Assembly (NCBI GenBank): GCA_004375715.1
Contig: SOKP01000253.1
Location: 16,573 to 80,572, forward strand
Reading direction: 5' to 3'
DNA from: Promethearchaeota archaeon
Lineage (GTDB): Archaea; Asgardarchaeota; Lokiarchaeia; Sigyniarchaeales; SOKP01
Length of the DNA: 64,000 nt
Shown here: piece after piece, positions 57,208 to 64,000 of the stretch
How the letters are laid out: every line of letters begins with the position of its first letter
Position numbering within the stretch: the first letter of the stretch is position 1
Made by a program: the position numbers and the translations under genes
The notes under the pieces: generated by a model
What the model saw: the letters and a program-made list of their open reading frames with translations, nothing else
What the model was told of the DNA's origin: nothing
The model's database searches: none

Positions 57208-57325
57208 AATAATTTAATATAAAAATAATTGAATTTTTTTAAGCATTCAATGAAAGAATTAATTGAATCTATAATAACCGGATTTGGTTGCTCAAACTTA
57301 AATATATCTAGAGATTTTAACACTT

Positions 57326-57649
57326 TTAAATTTGTAATACATCAAGGAAATGCTTCAATTTTCTTTTGGACGATATGTACTTCCACAGATAACCTATCAA
57401 GAATATGCCCGTAAAGCAGCTAAAAAGCAACAATAAAATTTTGTAAAATGAGATCAATAATGGGCTACGGTAGCTCCCAAAAATCCAAGATAAATGTAGA
57501 AAAACATCATAAGGGTAAAAAGATAAGCCAAATAGAGCATATAATGCCAGAGTAAACGCGAAACCTAAAATTATTGCATTTTTTTTAGCCAACTTCTTTA
57601 TTTCTTCCAATGAGATGTAATATTTACTTATTTCCTTTTTCATTACCAT
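57326..57649 (-). CDS. Hypothetical membrane protein
   Basis: 107 aa with two or three hydrophobic helices. No family recognised. Confidence 0.35.
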   Translation of the reverse strand: MVMKKEISKYYISLEEIKKLAKKNAIILGFAFTLALYALFGLSFYPYDVFLHLSWIFGSYRSPLLISFYKILLLLFSCFTGIFLIGYLWKYISSKRKLKHFLDVLQI

Positions 57650-57841
57650 AAATCATCAAATCTCCTTATTTTCGAAAAAGTTTTTTTAATCAAAATTTAA
57701 TTTGAGATCAGACAAAAATTTACTACTTTTATCTTTCCTTACAGTATTTATTTTTACGTAAATATTTAAACATTCCCTCTTAACCGAATCACTATTGCGG
57801 ATTTACTTCGTTTTTACATTAGGAAGTTATATCAAATATAA

Positions 57842-58264
57842 TTATTCGATAATTCTTGAGATCCTGGAGAGGGGATGTCCCTTAGCTTTCATTTCTAACT
57901 CATTAAACCATCCAAAAGGAAGGCGGAGCACTGAATAATCCTTTAATTTTAGGTTCGATTCGATTCTTTTAAAAGACATGAAAGCAAATTCTAAAGTGCT
58001 AAGTTGGCCAAAAAGATGAGCAAACGGTACAATCACGATATTTGATATTTTTAGTTGTACTGTAATTTTTTCAATTTCAGCAATCCCTCTTTTTAAAAAC
58101 TCTGGGTTTTCCTCGTCTCGTTTCTCTATGGTAATAAAAAGAACTAATGCGTTTTTGATTTGAGCTTCTCTATTGTTTTCCGTAATTTCTTCAATAACTT
58201 TCGAACGACCTTTTTTGGTTACTTTGTATCGGAAATAATCAACGTGAAACGATAAGAATCTCAT
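57842..58264 (-). CDS. Free-standing archaeal ThrRS editing-domain-like protein (tRNA-Thr_ED / DTD-like fold)
   Basis: MRFLSFHVDYFRYKV..., LVLFITIEKRDEENPE, IVPFAHLFGQLS and KGHPLSRISRIIE parallel the N-terminal editing domain of Pyrococcus-type ThrRS (MR.LLIHSDY.EYEV ... PFAHLS ... KGHPLSE) as I recall it. It is only 140 aa with nothing fused. Confidence 0.7.
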   Translation of the reverse strand: MRFLSFHVDYFRYKVTKKGRSKVIEEITENNREAQIKNALVLFITIEKRDEENPEFLKRGIAEIEKITVQLKISNIVIVPFAHLFGQLSTLEFAFMSFKRIESNLKLKDYSVLRLPFGWFNELEMKAKGHPLSRISRIIE

Positions 58265-58363
58265 TTTTCTTCCAAACTTTTAATATTTAAACTAATAACT
58301 CATTTTGTTAAATTAGTTAAATGTTTCATAAAAACTCTTTTAAAGCTTATAACTATCGAAATC

Positions 58364-59395
58364 CTATATCGAAATCTCTCTTTTCTTCAATTTATATATA
58401 CCTAACGCTAAAAGTAAAACAGCTATAATGATCCAAATTAATAATGAGAAAATAGGTAAATAATAATTTGTTTTTTCTAAGCCACCAAGATCTATTCTCT
58501 GGTCAGGATCTATTATATTTGTAAATTTATATACTCCCGTTAACAGTGCGAATAAGTTTTGCCAACTTATTGAGGGAGGAACTGCATTAAAAGTTTCCAT
58601 AAAAAATATAAAAACATTTCCTAAATGATATCCAAGATCAAAATGGTATAATTGGAGATCTTCGTAGAAACCACCTACTATTGTCCTAAGAAATTGGAAG
58701 GCAACAAAAGATACTATAATAATTAAGATTATTACGACAGATACAGTTTTGGATTTTTTTAAAATTGAAGATAAAGCCATTGTGATACTAGTAAATAGAA
58801 ATAGAATAAAAAGACTATATAAGTACAAGGCTGTTAAAAAGGGGATTAGACTGATAAAATGATCGATGTTTCCTGAATTAATAAGTACGGTAATCCATCC
58901 TATTGAAAAAATTGCAATAAAACTTAGAACCATTCCAAGTAGAAAAACAGCTAAATATTTTCCTAAAAATATTCTCGTACGAGTAATTGGTTTACTAATT
59001 AGAATAAGCATCGTACCAGTTTTTATTTCTTCAGCAATAAGAGGTGCACCAGAAGTTCCAATAACTATTGTAAAAACGATTCCTAAAGTCCAAAAAAAAA
59101 CAGGAAACACAAGAGAGAAGCTATTAACTGTAGCTGCATGGTGAGGAGACACGAGTCCAAAATCTATTGCAGGAGGTATCAATTGAAAGAGAAGTGGGAC
59201 GACTAACATAATAGGAATTACAATTAATCCTTTTTTCAGTGATGAAATATCTCTATACGTCTTTTTAATGATTATATCCGTTTTTTTAAAAATGTTCTCA
59301 GATAACCAAGCATTAACAGGTAAAATTTTTTTTTCCTTAAATGCACTACTTCTAGCTCTTATATCCCTAATTGTTTTAACGCTGAGCTTTTTCAT
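58364..59395 (-). CDS. ABC-2-type transporter permease
   Basis: 343 aa with one N-terminal TM helix, a loop, and then about 5 TM helices. Its start overlaps the stop of the upstream ABC ATPase by 4 nt. Confidence 0.6.
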   Translation of the reverse strand: MKKLSVKTIRDIRARSSAFKEKKILPVNAWLSENIFKKTDIIIKKTYRDISSLKKGLIVIPIMLVVPLLFQLIPPAIDFGLVSPHHAATVNSFSLVFPVFFWTLGIVFTIVIGTSGAPLIAEEIKTGTMLILISKPITRTRIFLGKYLAVFLLGMVLSFIAIFSIGWITVLINSGNIDHFISLIPFLTALYLYSLFILFLFTSITMALSSILKKSKTVSVVIILIIIVSFVAFQFLRTIVGGFYEDLQLYHFDLGYHLGNVFIFFMETFNAVPPSISWQNLFALLTGVYKFTNIIDPDQRIDLGGLEKTNYYLPIFSLLIWIIIAVLLLALGIYKLKKREISI

Positions 59396-60357
59396 TTTTT
59401 CTCGCTCTCCTTTTCTGACATGATTTCCATAAAAATATCTTGTAAAGATCGTTCTTGTAGATGGAAACCAAACAAAGTTGTATTGTGTTCAATTAATAAA
59501 TGTGGAAGAGTTTCTCGAAGCTTTTTCAGATCTTTTGGTATTATATGAATTTTTCCGTCTAATTCATCTATTCGTACTTTTGAAACGAAATTTTGCATTT
59601 TTAATACCTCTAAGAACTTAGCGTTCATGTTTGTATCTAAAACATGTAAATTTCTAATGAACCTTTTTTTTATGTTACTTATAGAATCAAATATTACAAT
59701 CTCGCCGTGATTTATCATTACAACATCTTCACACATTTGTTCTATTTCAGATAAAATATGACTTGAAACGAAAACACTCATATTTTCCGATAATTCTTTA
59801 ATTTTTCTGATTACATCTGCTCTCCCTATAGGGTCTAAATTTGCAGTCGGTTCATCTAATAATAGAACTTTTGGTTCATGGATTAATGCAGCAGCAATAG
59901 CAATTTTCTGTTTTTCTCCTCCCGAATATGTTTCAATGTTTCTATTTCTAGCTTCAAAGAGATTAAAAGAATCTAATAATTCTTGTGCTTTTCTTTTGGC
60001 ATTTATTCTTTGCAATCCTCCCAATTGTCCTAAATAAATGAGGTATTCTTCACCAGTCATATCATCATAAAAGACAGGATCTTGAGGTATAAATCCAATT
60101 AATTGTTTAGCTGCTACAGTTCCTGCAGTCTCATTTCGTATTTTTGCTTTACCTTCTGTTATTGATATCGCTCCTATTAACATATTGAGTGTTGTCGTTT
60201 TTCCAGCCCCATTTGGACCTAAGAATCCATGAATTCCTGGTTTAATACGAAGATTAATGTTTGAAACTGCTTTTAAAGCTTCTTCGCCTTTCCCATAGAC
60301 TTTCGTTAGATTTTCAGTCCAAATTTCATATTGATGTATAGAATCCTTTTTTATCAT
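59392..60357 (-). CDS. ABC transporter ATP-binding protein (ABC-2/CcmA-like)
   Basis: Walker A GPNGAGKTT, signature YSGGEKQKIA, Walker B LLLDEPTANLD, H-loop SSHIL. Confidence 0.9.
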   Translation of the reverse strand: MIKKDSIHQYEIWTENLTKVYGKGEEALKAVSNINLRIKPGIHGFLGPNGAGKTTTLNMLIGAISITEGKAKIRNETAGTVAAKQLIGFIPQDPVFYDDMTGEEYLIYLGQLGGLQRINAKRKAQELLDSFNLFEARNRNIETYSGGEKQKIAIAAALIHEPKVLLLDEPTANLDPIGRADVIRKIKELSENMSVFVSSHILSEIEQMCEDVVMINHGEIVIFDSISNIKKRFIRNLHVLDTNMNAKFLEVLKMQNFVSKVRIDELDGKIHIIPKDLKKLRETLPHLLIEHNTTLFGFHLQERSLQDIFMEIMSEKESEKK

Positions 60358-60377
60358 TTACCTCTTATCTCCTTTCT

Positions 60378-63300
60378 TTATTTTCTTTCAATTAAAATCA
60401 TCTCTCTTCGCCTTTTGTTGTATCTTCTATAAAAAATATAAATACTTGCTATAGCTCCTAAAATGACAAAAGTTAAAATTAATTGAAGTTGATTAGGTGG
60501 AACTAATACTCTAATACTATTAATTGTTGATATTAATCCGCTTTTATCGTGCATAATAATATTGATATCTTTCCAACCTGAACTTAGTGAAACACGAATA
60601 TTTTTTTTTGTTACAAGACCTTGACTTACACCATTTACGGTCACTTCAAAATAATCATAATTTGCGTCTGTATCCCATTCAATTTCAAAATTATGGGAAT
60701 CGGTCTTTGCTAAATCAGTAGGTGATAATATCTGAACCGAAAACTGTGAATTAATACAATATAAGATATCTTTACTTACAACCAAGATCTCATTTTTATT
60801 ATCTTCGTTTAAATCTAAGAGAGGAACGATTGAAGTTACATCCAAATTAAATCTATACAAAAATTTTCGCTTCATTACATCTAAAATTTCAAAAGTTGGA
60901 AATTGAGAGTAACTTCCCCAACCATATTCATCAGTTGATTTAATAAATAAATCACGGTCTATTAAAATTTCATTATAATTATCACCATTGATATCCCCTA
61001 TATTTTCGAAATTTCGAACAAATTCATAACTGGGATATGAAAAAACATTTAAACACTCAAAAGATTCAAGATTCCATCTAAATTGTGTTAGTTCAATTCC
61101 TTCATTCTCGTTGCTATTGTATACATCGTAAAATTGTATTCGACATCCTTTACAATCCCAACCTTGAGACTGAAATCCAATTATTGCATCTGAAATCCCA
61201 TCATTAGTAATATCTCCTATAGAAGAAAAAGGCATTAAGAGTTTACTAGAATACTCTGCCTCATAATCCCGATATGTATTTTGAAAAGTTTCTTTAAATA
61301 AAACGATTGGATTTGAATCCCCAGAATTTCCGCTATAGACTCTCACTTCAAGTCTAGGATTATAATATCCATTGGATTGAGAACTCGGTCTATATATACC
61401 TACATGATCTAAAAAAGTATCTCCATTAAAATCCTCATAAGAGGTTAGTAGTTTAAATCCAAACCCTTCTAAGCTAAAATCTATGTTTCCAACAGTTATA
61501 CTTGAATAATAGTCCATTGATTGAAGTCTATATGTGGGAATTTTACTTATGGTAGACTGGTTATTAATATCTACTATTCGGATATCGGTAAGTGCTATGT
61601 CTCCCATCTCAGAATATGCATACTCTCCTAAAATTATTCCTATTTTTCCATCAATGGATATAATTGTTTTTCCTGGAAGTTCGAAATAGTTGGAGCCGTA
61701 GCTATCTAAATAAGGAAAAGATGGGATTATTTCCCATTTGTAATCAATAGCTACTCTTGAATCTGTATAATTATCAAAATAAGAGATTGAGGAGTCCCAA
61801 TATGGATTCTCGATTAATTTATGAGAACAATTATATTTGTCTCCAAATTGAAAAATTCCACTGATTAACCAACTATTTACACTATCATTTATTGGAATAA
61901 TTCTTACATTCTGATATGGAATAATAGTCTTATTAAGACTCCATTTATCAAAGACTAAATTATTTTTAATGTCAAAAAGACGTATTCTTGAACTCCAAGC
62001 ATCGTCTGGATTTTCATTGAAACCTTCCCTTCCAATAACAGCAATAACATCTAAGTAATTGTCTCCAGTTCCATTAATTGTTTCAAAACTTTGAATTTCT
62101 AAGTCTAATAAATTCGCATCATTAAACTCACTTTCCCATTCATTAACAGAATATTTCCATATATAAAATGGGTCATATTGATTATCAAATAAGCCCCAAT
62201 AAAAAGCTCCTAACCCAAAATTATCAATTATTAAATTAAAAGGAATTAGTTCATTTGAAACGCTTATTCGAATTTTTATTTCCTTATTTGAATTTATAAA
62301 ATTTGATAAAGTAGTTTTATTTTCATGATCAAATTCTAAACATGGATACGAATCTTTAGTTCCACGAGTGATGATCCACATAAGATCATCTTGATAACTA
62401 GTATTATTTAATGGATAATATGTATAGTTAGTTCTCGGATTTTTAAAACCCCCCTTTAAATCAGGATAAGTATGATTATTCCACATTGCGGTCTGATTAT
62501 CCCAATTGCATATAACCCATTTATCATTCGTGGCATCAAAAATCTCATATGTAAAATTATACCCGTTAGAAGATGATGTATTTACCATTAATTTGGTTTG
62601 CATTTTTAAAGCTGAGAATCTTTCTATTTGAGAAAGGGGGTATTCCATCCCTCCTAGTAATTCATCTTCTAAGAAATTCAATGGGATAATCATATCCACT
62701 ACAGCCTTCCAGGATCCAGAATCTTGTGCTGCCTTTATAGTATAGTTCCCAAATGAATAAATATAATCTACTGTTAATTTATCGATTACAAGTATAAATG
62801 CTGATGTATTAACTGCTTCTAATTTGATTTTTACTAGTTTTTGGTCTCCTAGTGTTAAATCTTCTAGATTACCCAGAACTTTTGTCATATTTGTGGATAT
62901 CTCCGTGCTATTTATTGTTGGAGTACTGATTTTTTTCCAATAACCACTATTAGAGAAGTTGAAAATATACATGTCAATTTGTTCAATAACATTATTTGAT
63001 AAAAATCCTTGATAATCCACAACAAGTTTTTGTAGCTCACTATTGATAGACTTAGATAGATTAAACGATAATTCTACACTGATCTTATCTTTTCCGGCTG
63101 TTGGTAAAGAATTTAAAACCCAATATTGGTTATCTCCACTTTCAACGCTACCAACAGATGTACTATTAGAAGTTGTGCCAATCTTAAGTGTTTTTGTTGA
63201 ATCTGATGAATTATAAGATGCATAAGTATAGTCTGAATTTTGGTTTCCCCATAAATCAAATTCCCTACTGGTAGAAGTTCCATTGATAAGTTCAATACTT

Positions 63301-64000
63301 TCTGTATGTAATAATGAAGAGATATCCCAAACTTCGTCCCAATCTATAGTATAACTGTTATGCCAGCTATCGTCGATTTCATTATTTATTCTATTATGAA
63401 TCTGAAAATCTCCAGAATCCATAGGAGCTATTGGATTTTCATAACTCCCTTCATATTCAAAATGTCTATAGAACTTATAAGGGAAGTCTATTAAGGAAGT
63501 ATTCCAAAGTATATTCCCAGTTAATCCGTTTATAACCAAGAATTTTGTATATTTACATAACAAGGATTTGTAAATTTTTTCTGCCATACTTGATTTAATG
63601 CTCTCTTGACTTGAGAGATCCTTAATGATTTGTATTATATCTGGTGGTAGCGTTGAAGGAATAACCCAAGAAGCATAATCATCAACACTATCATCATTAA
63701 TATCTCCTATCTTCTTTATATCTCTTAAACCCTCGTAATATTGAAGTGCTGAGATATCAAAATCCCAGATTATTTCACCATTTTTTCCATCAACCGAGTA
63801 TAACTCCTTTATAATTGTTTGTTCTCCATTAATTTCTGATTGGCTCCATTCCGGTTCAAAGCTACTTATTTTTTCTACTAAAAAATCATTGAATCCATTA
63901 TTATTTAAATCTTCAATCTCTATTACTTCTGTATCAAAATCCTCATTAGTTCTTACCCATATAATTTCATCGTTTTTGCAATCAATACATAAATAACGTC
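60378..64000 (-). CDS. Very large C-terminally anchored surface protein with FG-GAP/integrin-alpha-like calcium-loop repeats (5' end outside window)
   Basis: The reading frame has no stop from 63588 to the window edge, so the protein exceeds 1,200 aa. It has repeated D-x-N/D-x-D/N-G loops (GDITNDGISDAIIG, GDINGDNYNEILI, DLNEDNKNEILVV, DFNGDTFLDHVGI, DLNNNGFNDFLV, GDINDDSVDDYASWVI), very many N-x-S/T sequons, and a C-terminal TM helix LILTFVILGAIASIYIFY followed by RRYNKRRREM. Confidence 0.75.
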   Translation of the reverse strand, partial: RYLCIDCKNDEIIWVRTNEDFDTEVIEIEDLNNNGFNDFLVEKISSFEPEWSQSEINGEQTIIKELYSVDGKNGEIIWDFDISALQYYEGLRDIKKIGDINDDSVDDYASWVIPSTLPPDIIQIIKDLSSQESIKSSMAEKIYKSLLCKYTKFLVINGLTGNILWNTSLIDFPYKFYRHFEYEGSYENPIAPMDSGDFQIHNRINNEIDDSWHNSYTIDWDEVWDISSLLHTESIELINGTSTSREFDLWGNQNSDYTYASYNSSDSTKTLKIGTTSNSTSVGSVESGDNQYWVLNSLPTAGKDKISVELSFNLSKSINSELQKLVVDYQGFLSNNVIEQIDMYIFNFSNSGYWKKISTPTINSTEISTNMTKVLGNLEDLTLGDQKLVKIKLEAVNTSAFILVIDKLTVDYIYSFGNYTIKAAQDSGSWKAVVDMIIPLNFLEDELLGGMEYPLSQIERFSALKMQTKLMVNTSSSNGYNFTYEIFDATNDKWVICNWDNQTAMWNNHTYPDLKGGFKNPRTNYTYYPLNNTSYQDDLMWIITRGTKDSYPCLEFDHENKTTLSNFINSNKEIKIRISVSNELIPFNLIIDNFGLGAFYWGLFDNQYDPFYIWKYSVNEWESEFNDANLLDLEIQSFETINGTGDNYLDVIAVIGREGFNENPDDAWSSRIRLFDIKNNLVFDKWSLNKTIIPYQNVRIIPINDSVNSWLISGIFQFGDKYNCSHKLIENPYWDSSISYFDNYTDSRVAIDYKWEIIPSFPYLDSYGSNYFELPGKTIISIDGKIGIILGEYAYSEMGDIALTDIRIVDINNQSTISKIPTYRLQSMDYYSSITVGNIDFSLEGFGFKLLTSYEDFNGDTFLDHVGIYRPSSQSNGYYNPRLEVRVYSGNSGDSNPIVLFKETFQNTYRDYEAEYSSKLLMPFSSIGDITNDGISDAIIGFQSQGWDCKGCRIQFYDVYNSNENEGIELTQFRWNLESFECLNVFSYPSYEFVRNFENIGDINGDNYNEILIDRDLFIKSTDEYGWGSYSQFPTFEILDVMKRKFLYRFNLDVTSIVPLLDLNEDNKNEILVVSKDILYCINSQFSVQILSPTDLAKTDSHNFEIEWDTDANYDYFEVTVNGVSQGLVTKKNIRVSLSSGWKDINIIMHDKSGLISTINSIRVLVPPNQLQLILTFVILGAIASIYIFYRRYNKRRREMILIERK

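Noticed and set aside
57141-57323. A 60-aa minus-strand ORF in the glnA upstream region.
   Set aside because: It is composed of poly-F/K/I translated from the A/T tracts of the 31-bp tandem repeat. It is a compositional artefact.
1-64000. A search for tRNA, rRNA, C/D-box sRNA, CRISPR arrays, transposases and integrases.
   Set aside because: I saw no GC-rich cloverleaf-like islands, no T-loop GGTTCGAAT-type boxes outside CDSs, no regularly spaced direct repeats other than the 31-bp unit at 57.1 kb, and no DDE/tyrosine-recombinase-like ORFs. Absence by eye is not proof; tRNAscan-SE, Infernal and a CRISPR finder should confirm.

Overview
Gene-dense, AT-rich window. Hand counts on 60-nt lines of typical genes give about 30-38% G+C. 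I call roughly 58 protein-coding genes on both strands and could recognise no rRNA, tRNA or CRISPR array. The gene content suggests an archaeon, most simply an Asgard (Loki-type) lineage. The clues are a free-standing archaea-type ThrRS editing-domain protein, an AbrB-PhoU regulator, 4-hydroxybutyryl-CoA dehydratase, and a strikingly eukaryote-like Rab GTPase next to HEAT and LRR repeat proteins. This taxonomic call is inference only, because no database search was possible. Layout: (1) 1-1.2 kb, 3' part of valS. (2) 1.2-13.9 kb, a carbohydrate-type import-and-process island: two GPH symporters, a GH172-like protein, a cytoplasmic Cys-type sulfatase, two URO-D-family proteins, two TIM-barrel enzymes and a frameshifted MFS gene. 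(3) 14.1-18.1 kb, the Rab-like GTPase neighbourhood: HEAT protein, GTPase abutting a TrmB-like winged-helix protein, a 4-TM protein and a HEAT+LRR protein. (4) 18.2-24.2 kb, a co-directional TPP enzyme / Zn-ADH / acyl-CoA ligase / acyl-CoA dehydrogenase cluster. (5) 24.2-26.5 kb, a gene-poor patch of small membrane ORFs and decayed fragments. (6) 26.5-29.5 kb, crotonase, UPF0371 and a GNAT-like gene. (7) 29.9-31.0 kb, a GC-rich probable import (quinone-reductase-like gene behind an ABC-ATPase remnant). (8) pyrG and a cupin. (9) 33.6-41.8 kb, 4-hydroxybutyryl-CoA dehydratase / crotonase / ACAD / Fe-S protein, a CPBP-like pair and an acyl-CoA synthetase. (10) 42.0-48.8 kb, carA-carB, followed by three opposite-strand membrane-protein genes bracketed by a second, diverged and decayed copy of the carB 3' end. 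(11) PAP2 phosphatase, RAM-domain protein, AbrB-PhoU regulator, an asymmetric heterodimeric ABC exporter, and glnA with a repeat-rich upstream region. (12) 57.8-64.0 kb, the free-standing ThrRS-editing-like domain, an ABC-2 transporter and a protein of more than 1,200 aa that is FG-GAP-like, sequon-rich and C-terminally anchored, and runs off the window. The best candidates for something undescribed are the Rab-like GTPase / TrmB-like / HEAT / LRR module and the carB-3' duplication that marks an insertion.
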